A DNA stretch of 64,000 nt from sequence record PV191315.1; one strand, written 5' to 3'. The notes beneath the pieces were generated by a model. That model searched no databases and was not told the origin of the DNA. It saw only the letters and a program-made list of their open reading frames with translations. The DNA is from Escherichia phage vB_EcoM-P3322. Both the position numbers and the translations under genes were made by a program. Position 1 is the stretch's first letter; every line of letters begins with the position of its first letter. Shown here in pieces: positions 54,716-61,772 of the stretch.

Positions 54716-54937
54716 TTATTTTGTTACTACCATTTGGTACCCTGTTTCAATGTTAGTAAATACTGTTATCCCGTCCTGGCGTTCACTCATTAGCATACAA
54801 GGCGCTAACATCCTTTCTACTGCCTTGCACTCATTGTAAACGGCGGTTATGTCTCCTGCGGCCTTGTCTTCTGTGGTGAATGTATCGTTTATGTAAACTT
54901 GACTAGCGACAACGGCGACAATAGCGAAAGTGATCAT
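54716..54937 (-). CDS. small secreted protein (signal-peptide-like)
   Basis: RBS AAAGAGAAA; MITFAIVAVVASQVY. Confidence 0.55.
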   Translation of the reverse strand: MITFAIVAVVASQVYINDTFTTEDKAAGDITAVYNECKAVERMLAPCMLMSERQDGITVFTNIETGYQMVVTK

Positions 54938-55010
54938 GATATTTTTCTCTTTATGTGTTTCTATTAGTTGATATTACAGCAATTCGCAGATTATTTTTTA
55001 GCAATTCGTG

Positions 55011-55229
55011 CTATTTACTCATAACAGTATCGAAAACAAATTTTTCTTTGTTGTCAAAGCTCACGTATCCGATTCTACCACGCAAGCCGCAAGTAGTGCC
55101 GTATTCGTAACCGTCAAGACCTTTAACCTTCCAATCCACGCCCATTAAAACCGCATTATATTTCTGACCAACTACAAACGCGCCACCAGTTGATTCAATG
55201 CAAACAACTTTAATTTTACGGATTGCCAT
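55011..55229 (-). CDS. hypothetical protein
   Basis: RBS AGAAAGAGAGAAAG. Confidence 0.55.
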   Translation of the reverse strand: MAIRKIKVVCIESTGGAFVVGQKYNAVLMGVDWKVKGLDGYEYGTTCGLRGRIGYVSFDNKEKFVFDTVMSK

Positions 55230-55267
55230 TTTCTTTCTCTCTTTCTGGTGATTGGTTTCTCTTCTCT

Positions 55268-55310
55268 ATAGCGCCCATTGTAAGGCGCTATAACGAAAAG
55301 TCAACGATTA
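55268..55310 (-). promoter_or_regulatory. variant promoter/hairpin unit
   Basis: hairpin tatagcgcc-cattgtaa-ggcgctata; rc TTGACT -35. Confidence 0.45.
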
Positions 55311-55475
55311 TTTTTTAAGGCTTAAAGTACCTAACTTGTCAGCATGACGCAGACCAGGGAATATCCATTTGCCTGACTCATCTTTCACCGGGGCTTTAAG
55401 CGTAGCGCCCAGGTTGGCGGCGTTAACTTTACGTGCAACGTTGCGAGCGGCTTCACGGGTAGCGAAAGTGATCAT
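55308..55475 (-). CDS. small hypothetical protein (55 aa)
   Basis: Below track threshold; RBS GAGGAAAACACC. Confidence 0.4.
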   Translation of the reverse strand: MITFATREAARNVARKVNAANLGATLKAPVKDESGKWIFPGLRHADKLGTLSLKK

Positions 55476-55497
55476 GGTGTTTTCCTCTTCTCTTTGT

Positions 55498-55563
55498 TAG
55501 GCGGTGGACCATTCCGCCGCCTTGATGTAATACAGTTTACTTTATTTTATTAAGATTGCAAGC
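55498..55563 (-). promoter_or_regulatory. PeSL-like unit
   Basis: hairpin ggcggtggaccattccgccgcc; rc TTGCAA -35. Confidence 0.6.
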
Positions 55564-55567
55564 GGTT

Positions 55568-55783
55568 TTATGAAATAATTGTCAAAGTAAAATCATAAGA
55601 CTGATTTAATTTATATTGTACTTTATTGCCGTAGTAGTCACCTTTACGTAAAGATCCGCGAATACCTATCACATCCTTTACATCTTTAAGATTTTTTACG
55701 CCTGTAATGTCTTTATTGAAATACTCGTCATCTGAAAATAAAACTTGACTTGCATTTTTTAACAGTGTACGGATATTAGCCAT
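55568..55783 (-). CDS. hypothetical protein
   Basis: RBS AGAAGAGAGATTA. Confidence 0.55.
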   Translation of the reverse strand: MANIRTLLKNASQVLFSDDEYFNKDITGVKNLKDVKDVIGIRGSLRKGDYYGNKVQYKLNQSYDFTLTIIS

Positions 55784-55805
55784 CGTGATAATCTCTCTTC
55801 TGTTG

Positions 55806-55866
55806 TGAGCGGCACTATTGCCGCCCTACGTAATACAGTTTACTCTTTTTCTTTCCGGTGTCAACA
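55806..55866 (-). promoter_or_regulatory. PeSL-like unit
   Basis: hairpin gagcggcactattgccgccc; rc TTGACA-16-TAAACT. Confidence 0.65.
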
Positions 55867-55873
55867 ATCTTTT

Positions 55874-56101
55874 TCAGATTAATTCATCCAGGCATAACAG
55901 GCGATCAACGTTGAGATCGGTTAGGCTGATGGTTGGCACCTGGTAGGATTCGATGTACTCGACGCTTGCATATTCCCCAAAATTAGCAACAGCCCACTTA
56001 TTCAAGATCTCACATACATCATTAATCTTTTTGTTTGTTACAACTGCAATGACCTGGGAAGTGCCAACGGTGCCGGATACGCGAACAATATTGATAGCCA
56101 T
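55874..56101 (-). CDS. hypothetical protein
   Basis: RBS AGAGAGATTAAAG. Confidence 0.55.
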   Translation of the reverse strand: MAINIVRVSGTVGTSQVIAVVTNKKINDVCEILNKWAVANFGEYASVEYIESYQVPTISLTDLNVDRLLCLDELI

Positions 56102-56120
56102 AATCTTTAATCTCTCTGTT

Positions 56121-56184
56121 TTGGCGGGAAACCACTTCCCGCCCTATGTGATACATCTTACACTAATTTTAAACGTTGTCAACT
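56121..56184 (-). promoter_or_regulatory. PeSL-like unit
   Basis: hairpin ggcgggaaaccacttcccgccc; rc TTGACA at 56177-56182. Confidence 0.65.
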
Positions 56185-56191
56185 GTTTTTA

Positions 56192-56431
56192 TTACATTCC
56201 AACCATCGCGGCACGGATCGCAGTAGTGCTATATTTGAAACCGTCTGGCGTTTTATCTTGTCCAGTTTGTTCCAGAAAAAGCATCATATCCCGCGCCGCA
56301 TCATTACGATTAGCATTAGCGTTAATAAAATCTTGGGCCAACCGGTATAACGATTCATCGTTATTAATCCAAAGGCTTACATTCCAATGAGTTTTGTTTT
56401 TGTGACCGTTGTACATTTTAGATTTAGCCAT
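56192..56431 (-). CDS. hypothetical protein
   Basis: RBS AAAGAGAGAAAA. Confidence 0.55.
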   Translation of the reverse strand: MAKSKMYNGHKNKTHWNVSLWINNDESLYRLAQDFINANANRNDAARDMMLFLEQTGQDKTPDGFKYSTTAIRAAMVGM

Positions 56432-56452
56432 GATTTTTCTCTCTTTTTCAGT

Positions 56453-56516
56453 GAGGCGGGAAGTGTTCCCGCTCTCTATGTAATACAGTTTACTCTTTTT
56501 ATTCGTGCTGTCAATG
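56453..56516 (-). promoter_or_regulatory. PeSL-like unit
   Basis: hairpin gaggcgggaagtgttcccgctctc; rc TTGACA at 56509-56514. Confidence 0.6.
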
Positions 56517-56520
56517 CTTT

Positions 56521-56886
56521 TTATAAATCTTTTTTACGTTTTACATCGCTCGCATGACTGTATACAGTGATCCCATTGTCACGGCAAAAACGGGAAAGAT
56601 ACGCGCCGCGTGAAAACTCTTTACCTTCCATATTAATAACCTTGCTAAATTCTTCTAGGGCAACGGTATCAAAATGATCCCCATAGCCATATTGAAACGG
56701 AACGTTAACTACTTCGATCAGTTTACCGCCGATCTCAACATCAACCATCAAAGAGAAATAAGTATTACCATAAGACTTTTGAAACCAGCGACGGGCGCTA
56801 ATATGTACCGCTTCAATGCTGGATAGTTCAATTTTAGCAGTGTTAGCCAGGGTAGCATAAGCAGAAACATTGATATTTTTAGCCAT
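56521..56886 (-). CDS. hypothetical protein
   Basis: RBS AAGAGATTAAAG. Confidence 0.6.
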   Translation of the reverse strand: MAKNINVSAYATLANTAKIELSSIEAVHISARRWFQKSYGNTYFSLMVDVEIGGKLIEVVNVPFQYGYGDHFDTVALEEFSKVINMEGKEFSRGAYLSRFCRDNGITVYSHASDVKRKKDL

Positions 56887-56909
56887 AGTCTTTAATCTCT
56901 TTTGATTAG

Positions 56910-56964
56910 TTAGGAGTATTCCCGATAAAAGTTATTATGCTTATACTATCACTCATTGTCAATA
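56910..56964 (-). promoter_or_regulatory. PeSL-like unit (degenerate hairpin)
   Basis: rc TTGACA at 56957-56962; truncated ggagtattcccg. Confidence 0.4.
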
Positions 56965-56981
56965 GTATAAGACTAAAACTT

Positions 56982-57161
56982 TTAACGATAATCGTTATAG
57001 GCTTTATTGACCTGGCGAATGTAACATTCGAAAGCAAGATCAATGTATTCGTATTCACGCACATAATCACCATAGGTCACTACATACATTTTTAAAGTTT
57101 CCTCATAAGCCAGGAGGATCGAATCTAAACCTATAATCTCAGTTTTTGCAATGATAGCCAT
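56982..57161 (-). CDS. small hypothetical protein (59 aa)
   Basis: Below track threshold; RBS AAAGG. Confidence 0.4.
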   Translation of the reverse strand: MAIIAKTEIIGLDSILLAYEETLKMYVVTYGDYVREYEYIDLAFECYIRQVNKAYNDYR

Positions 57162-57179
57162 GATGTTAACCTTTTATTG

Positions 57180-57240
57180 TTGGCGGCACCATTGCCGCCC
57201 TACGTGATAAACTATACCAGAATTTTAAACAGTGTCAACC
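57180..57240 (-). promoter_or_regulatory. PeSL-like unit
   Basis: hairpin ggcggcaccattgccgcc; rc TTGACA at 57233-57238. Confidence 0.65.
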
Positions 57241-57244
57241 GTTT

Positions 57245-57607
57245 TTATTCGTAAATTTTACCGCTTTCGGCCCATACCATAACGCGGCGCATACTATCCC
57301 AAGTGTTTTGATCCAAGTTTAAGCCGTGCAACTCTTCGGTACTTCCCAGACCAGGTACCGCTTTGTTGTAAGTTGCATATAAGCGCCCTTGATACTCATA
57401 CGCCAGAGTAAGATCCGTTTGAATCATCTTTTTAAGCATAGCATTAAGCATCATATTAGCGGCATGTTGATCACGTTTTAGCGGTAACATATCAATAAGG
57501 GCGCGATAAGCTGAAACATGAATATCAACCGTTTCACGTGGTAAATTTTTCATATCATCACGGAAAGATACCAGATTAAACATGATAGTATTGATTTGCT
57601 TGCTCAT
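57245..57607 (-). CDS. hypothetical protein
   Basis: RBS AAAGGGTAA. Confidence 0.6.
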   Translation of the reverse strand: MSKQINTIMFNLVSFRDDMKNLPRETVDIHVSAYRALIDMLPLKRDQHAANMMLNAMLKKMIQTDLTLAYEYQGRLYATYNKAVPGLGSTEELHGLNLDQNTWDSMRRVMVWAESGKIYE

Positions 57608-57626
57608 TGTGTTACCCTTTTTTGTT

Positions 57627-57691
57627 TTGGCGGGGAAGTATTCCGCCGCCCTATGTGATACATCTTACCAGATTAAAAAACGTTGTCAAGA
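57627..57691 (-). promoter_or_regulatory. PeSL-like unit
   Basis: hairpin ggcggggaagtattccgccgccc; rc TTGACA at 57684-57689. Confidence 0.65.
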
Positions 57692-57698
57692 ATATTTT

Positions 57699-57794
57699 TT
57701 AGAAAATAATAACCGCTACTACAACCCAAAATGGAACGGCTAGAATGATAGCGTTAATCGTTCCAACCGTCAAGCTATTTTCTTTATTAATCAT
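57699..57794 (-). CDS. small single-TM peptide (31 aa)
   Basis: Below track threshold; RBS AAGAGGCTTACA; AIILAVPFWVVVAVIIF. Confidence 0.4.
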   Translation of the reverse strand: MINKENSLTVGTINAIILAVPFWVVVAVIIF

Positions 57795-57820
57795 TGTAAG
57801 CCTCTTGCATAATTTCACTA

Positions 57821-57883
57821 TTAGCGGCACCATTGCCGCCCTACGTGGTAAATATTATGCCAGTGGCGGCGATATGTCAAAGA
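57821..57883 (-). promoter_or_regulatory. PeSL-like unit
   Basis: hairpin agcggcaccattgccgcc; rc TTGACA at 57876-57881. Confidence 0.65.
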
Positions 57884-58434
57884 CTATTTTCAAAGTTTTC
57901 TAGTGCGATCCTTTTTTCTTCCTCTGTTGGCTGATAATCAGGAAAAGCATCAACACACAACAACGGCGGGATCTCTTCGTACTCTTCCTCTTCCGTTGTC
58001 TCCTCGTCTTCCTCCTGGGCTATGGCTGCAATTTTGGCTAATTTTCTTTCAGCTTGAATCAATTTACCATCAAGTACGTTTTTTGCCATGTTGTAAGCGG
58101 TCCAGGTGATGCGCTTACTTTCCAATGCTTCATCAAGCGCCGCTATCTTGCTGGGGTATTCATCCAGGACACGAAAAGCCGGATCAATTTTGTACAAAGG
58201 ATTATCTTTCGCGCCGTCGCTCGCATCTTCCGCACTGGATAAATCAGCGTTACCATTTGCCAGCCAGCCAGGGCGCACATAACGCGCTTTTACGTTGCCG
58301 TTACTACGTGCTAATCTGTTACCTATTTGCTCACCGCTATATCCCGTGGATTCATCGATAAGATGATCGGGAATGATGCGCGGATCATCTGCTTCATGTT
58401 TTACCCAAGACTGGATCACATATTCGCGGCCCAT
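57877..58434 (-). CDS. hypothetical protein with acidic C-terminal tail
   Basis: ATG 58434 after AAGGTGG. Confidence 0.6.
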   Translation of the reverse strand: MGREYVIQSWVKHEADDPRIIPDHLIDESTGYSGEQIGNRLARSNGNVKARYVRPGWLANGNADLSSAEDASDGAKDNPLYKIDPAFRVLDEYPSKIAALDEALESKRITWTAYNMAKNVLDGKLIQAERKLAKIAAIAQEEDEETTEEEEYEEIPPLLCVDAFPDYQPTEEEKRIALENFENSL

Positions 58435-58435
58435 A

Positions 58436-58693
58436 TTAACCACCTTTTTTCAACAATTGGCATACTTTAAAAAGACTTGCTGAATCCTTGCAAGGGTAGA
58501 AAGATGTACGATAATCACGTACGCCAACCTTGCGGATCTCGATGTTTTCGCATGTTGTTTGATCAAAGATATTTATTTCATCACGCCCCCTTATATAAAC
58601 ATAGTGGGGATGTATTAACGCATATTTTGCTAATCTGTAAAAAGCGTTATCTTTGAACGCGATCACGTGACCTTTTAATTTGATGTAAAACAT
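58436..58693 (-). CDS. hypothetical protein
   Basis: RBS AAGGTGG. Confidence 0.55.
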   Translation of the reverse strand: MFYIKLKGHVIAFKDNAFYRLAKYALIHPHYVYIRGRDEINIFDQTTCENIEIRKVGVRDYRTSFYPCKDSASLFKVCQLLKKGG

Positions 58694-58707
58694 TCTACCA
58701 CCTTACA

Positions 58708-58767
58708 AATAGCGGGAACTATTCCCGCTTTATGTAACATATTAACAAATTATTCGTTAATGTCAAG
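58708..58767 (-). promoter_or_regulatory. PeSL-like unit
   Basis: hairpin agcgggaactattcccgct; rc TTGACA at 58760-58765. Confidence 0.65.
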
Positions 58768-58769
58768 CC

Positions 58770-59042
58770 TTAAAGCAAAAACGCTACATCTTGCGCTTTT
58801 AGTGTAGTATCAACCATTTTCGGGCTTTTATAATCAACAAAGCGCGCGGTTTTTTCAATAGCGAAACCGAGATAATCTTGCTTGTTGAAATTACATTCTT
58901 TCTTAAATGTTTCCCGTGCAATGGCAATCGCTGCGTCCAGGGATAAACGCCCGTCAATATTGATATTAGCGAAAGATCCGCCACCGCTCATAGGTTTACC
59001 AGTGGTGCCAGCTACGATCATTGTTGCGCTATATGATGCCAT
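58770..59042 (-). CDS. hypothetical protein
   Basis: RBS AGAAGAGAGATTA. Confidence 0.6.
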   Translation of the reverse strand: MASYSATMIVAGTTGKPMSGGGSFANINIDGRLSLDAAIAIARETFKKECNFNKQDYLGFAIEKTARFVDYKSPKMVDTTLKAQDVAFLL

Positions 59043-59064
59043 GATGATAATCTCTCTTCTGTTA

Positions 59065-59128
59065 CGAGCGGGAAACCACTTCCCGCCCTATGTGATACAT
59101 CTTATCAGGTTGTTGTTTGTTGTCAATA
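59065..59128 (-). promoter_or_regulatory. PeSL-like unit
   Basis: hairpin agcgggaaaccacttcccgccc; rc TTGACA at 59121-59126. Confidence 0.65.
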
Positions 59129-59132
59129 CTTT

Positions 59133-59330
59133 TTATTCTATCCCTGCAATTTGATTAACGCGCTTGCATTTTGTAGCGTGCTGGTCTTCTGTAATGACTC
59201 CCATTTCTAACAGGGAATCAATGAAAGATAAAACCGTTTCATGATCATCCTGGGGATGACTGAACTCAGTAAAACCGTTTACTATTACGTTGATTTGTCC
59301 AGCTTTCGCCACAATATGCAATGTTGCCAT
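59133..59330 (-). CDS. hypothetical protein
   Basis: RBS TGGAG; long GC-rich leader upstream. Confidence 0.55.
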   Translation of the reverse strand: MATLHIVAKAGQINVIVNGFTEFSHPQDDHETVLSFIDSLLEMGVITEDQHATKCKRVNQIAGIE

Positions 59331-59603
59331 GATCTTAACTCCAGGTGATGAATGATGTTTTTTGTTGGTGGACGGTGGATTATGGAGATCCTCACCTTTG
59401 CCCGTCCTGCATTGCGCCCTCCTGTTGTTTATTGTCGTTGTGCCGCGCCCCCCTCGACAAGATGAATACTACGCTACCAGGCGAGGAACGTCAACCACTT
59501 TTTCAATCTTTTTTATTTTCTTTTTGCTTGCTATATATAAAGGAAAGGGCTATCATCTTTCTACCGCGCCAACCAGGGCGCACAACAAAGAAAGGGCGAC
59601 ACC

Positions 59604-59870
59604 ATGACAAATACTACATTACACCTTATGCACTCATTGGGCTGGCAAGGCGGCACGGTGCACCAGGTAGCAAGCGCAACGGGCTTAAAGGTTGAAACAG
59701 TTCTCAACCTGGGCGATCATAAGGTGGAAGAGATAGACCATTTTGATCCGTTCGCTGATGGTTATTTATGGGCTTGCAGTGGCGGCGGGGAAAGCAAGAT
59801 CCCACCAGGGGCGCGGGGCGATATGCATTTTTGGTTAGGTGTCCTTTCCTGGCAAGAAAACAAAAAATAA
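59604..59870 (+). CDS. hypothetical protein (isolated + strand ORF in GC-rich island)
   Basis: Track ORF with non-repetitive sequence; weak RBS. Confidence 0.3.
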   Translation: MTNTTLHLMHSLGWQGGTVHQVASATGLKVETVLNLGDHKVEEIDHFDPFADGYLWACSGGGESKIPPGARGDMHFWLGVLSWQENKK

Positions 59871-59872
59871 TC

Positions 59873-59901
59873 TTGACAAGCCCAGGGATCGGGCTTATAC
59901 T
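59873..59901 (+). promoter_or_regulatory. strong sigma70-like promoter with palindromic spacer, no downstream ORF
   Basis: TTGACA-17nt-TATACT; spacer agccc-agggatc-gggct. Confidence 0.55.
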
Positions 59902-59907
59902 GTTTTA

Positions 59908-60010
59908 CATACAGAAGAGGAAGCGCCACCCCACGGCGTAAAGGCGGGGCTAACATACCAGGGCGCTGGTTGGAAGGTTGATCGCCGGTAGGCTGGGCGC
60001 TATATATTTG
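59908..60010 (+). ncRNA. candidate small structured RNA
   Basis: GC-rich transcript from consensus promoter; no credible ORF; boundaries approximate. Confidence 0.25.
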
Positions 60011-60119
60011 TAAAGAAATGTAAAGATAAAATAATCGCTTGCTTTCCTGGCTGGATCTGTTATTCTTATTACATGGCGAGGGGACACGGGAGCGCGAGAC
60101 AAACACCGCCCCTGCGCGT

Positions 60120-60500
60120 CATTCTCTAAATGAGAATGATTATCATTTACCTTATCAAATAAGAATCAATCTCATTTATAAACCTAAATGCGAATCATTA
60201 TCATTTGCATTTCCATATGAGAACTCTTCTCATTCCCATCTGCATAAATTTTTGTAAACTTTAAATTTTGCTTTTGTACTTTCATTTTTGTAAAAGCAAA
60301 AAAACTTTAAATACTGTGGGCGCGCAAAATTTTTAAAATTTTCCTTGACTTTTGAGTTTTGTTTTGTATCTAACATTTTAAGATAATTTTCCTAAACTTT
60401 AAATTTTGGTTTTCAACTTTCACTTTTGTAAATTCTTAAAAAGTTTAAATAATTTGAGGAATTTTTGAGATAACAAGTAGGGGTAATTTGAGATAACCTT
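60120..60500. repeat. AT-rich iteron cluster
   Basis: Direct repeats aaactttaaattttgNttttNNactttcaNttttgtaaa x2; aatgattatcattt x2; tttgagataac x2. Confidence 0.5.
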
Positions 60501-60593
60501 TAATCTTATTGGCAGACCTTCAGGAACCCACCTAGATCGAATCCTAATGATGCAAACTGAAAAAGATAAGTGTTTGTATAGGACAAAATAATA

Positions 60594-60626
60594 GGCTCTC
60601 TACAGTGTTGTAGGAGCCTTATTTCT
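60594..60626 (-). terminator. bidirectional hairpin terminator downstream of NADAR gene
   Basis: ggctc-t-ctaca-gtgt-tgtag-gagcc flanked by T-rich runs on both strands. Confidence 0.55.
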
Positions 60627-60674
60627 GTGCTACAAAGTGACACCTTTGTTCTAAAAATGAAAAAAGTTAAAATA

Positions 60675-61217
60675 TCACAAATATCGTCTTTGCGGTATTT
60701 TGTCTGGGAAAAGTATTTCGATCAGTTTGTTATGATATTTGCCTAAAAGATTCTGCCCTTTCCAGGTGGCAGGGTTTAGCACCCCTGGTTCATACATCCC
60801 CATTCCAATTCCGTAAACCTTATCGTAGGGGCTTGCTTCAACAAACGTTTTGTATTGGTAAAGGTGTAAGTCTGCATACAAATCTGGATTCTGTACATAT
60901 TTCAAGCATAAACCTCGCATAACAATACGCTCACGGTTCTCTTCCCATACGTTGTTATCAAAATCCGACACTGCCCTACCCATACGTTTGTAATAAGCTT
61001 GGATCTTCTCATCTTTCCGTATCAAACTATGAGTCAGAATAGCCTGTGCAGTGTTGTGGTCATTAAAAAGCAAAGCTTTACGCCACATCATGTATTGTTC
61101 GACACAATTAAATGTCTGATTGTAACCTGGTTCGGTTTCTGTAAAGGGTGCAATATACCAATTACTAAAAACATCTTTATGTGAAAAGAAGAATACATAT
61201 TCGTCAGTTATTCTCAT
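60675..61217 (-). CDS. NADAR-domain (YbiA-like) protein
   Basis: 180 aa; N-terminal FFFSH..FSNWY and central NCVEQYMMWRKALLF resemble the NADAR/DUF1768 signature (recall only). Confidence 0.6.
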   Translation of the reverse strand: MRITDEYVFFFSHKDVFSNWYIAPFTETEPGYNQTFNCVEQYMMWRKALLFNDHNTAQAILTHSLIRKDEKIQAYYKRMGRAVSDFDNNVWEENRERIVMRGLCLKYVQNPDLYADLHLYQYKTFVEASPYDKVYGIGMGMYEPGVLNPATWKGQNLLGKYHNKLIEILFPDKIPQRRYL

Positions 61218-61393
61218 TTTTTCATACCTTCTAAGACTTTAGCTTGCCCGTCTTGAAAAGCTTTCATCAGAACTATCTTAAGATTGACTTCCAAGCGTTC
61301 TTCATCCTCTTTATAACAATCCAACACTGCTTTAAGTTCATCATAGTGGTTCAGAATAGGTTTAAAGATTTCATGATCTGCTAAACGTGCCAT
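61214..61393 (-). CDS. hypothetical protein
   Basis: ATG 61393 after AAAGGAGAAAC; track start 61429 overlaps next gene. Confidence 0.5.
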   Translation of the reverse strand: MARLADHEIFKPILNHYDELKAVLDCYKEDEERLEVNLKIVLMKAFQDGQAKVLEGMKK

Positions 61394-61406
61394 AGTTTCT
61401 CCTTTG

Positions 61407-61772
61407 TTAATCCATCCACCAGTAGCCATAAACTGCGTCTGCGTCGATTAGTTTGTGTTTGTTGTTCCGCATGTAGTCTAAGATAAGTAGGCGTTTATTG
61501 TATCTGGAGAGATTATGACCCTCTTTTCCGCCATAGTCAAAATATTTTGCAAGATCTTTGCACTCAAACAAAATTAGTTCGGGAGTTTCTTCACACTGGT
61601 CTGTCTGGTACACTTGACGAATGATCATGTATACATCGTCGTCTTCCGCTAAATGCTCTACTGGTCCACATCCAGCAGGAACAAATTCATAGTCCCATCT
61701 GATCAGATGTTTCTCTACTGCTTCAAAGAAGTCCATTCTTTCGTTGCGCATAATTTGAACGTCAACTAACAT
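61407..61772 (-). CDS. hypothetical protein
   Basis: RBS CAGGAGGAAAC. Confidence 0.6.
   Translation of the reverse strand: MLVDVQIMRNERMDFFEAVEKHLIRWDYEFVPAGCGPVEHLAEDDDVYMIIRQVYQTDQCEETPELILFECKDLAKYFDYGGKEGHNLSRYNKRLLILDYMRNNKHKLIDADAVYGYWWMD

Larger units (their letters stand above)
49370..59128 (-). repeat. array of ~24 dispersed regulatory cassettes (promoter + conserved GC-rich leader hairpin), each preceding a small ORF; resembles PeSL cassettes reported in T4-type phages
   Basis: Recurring rc unit TTGACA-N17-TAnnnT...GTAGGGCGG-N4-6-CCGCC upstream of minus-strand RBS/ATG. Confidence 0.8.

Noticed and set aside
49370-59128. Possible CRISPR array suggested by many GC-rich repeats
   Set aside because: Repeats are irregularly spaced (0.2-0.9 kb apart), each precedes an ORF with an RBS, and they contain promoter elements; no uniform spacers or cas genes.
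59345-59695. Overlapping + strand track ORFs 59345..59695 and 59362..59607
   Set aside because: They lie antisense in the long GC-rich leader of gene 59133..59330, overlap each other in two frames and have no RBS.
60039-60257. Track ORF 60039..60257 (+) downstream of the orphan promoter
   Set aside because: Runs through the iteron repeats, has no RBS and is low complexity; the transcript is more plausibly non-coding.
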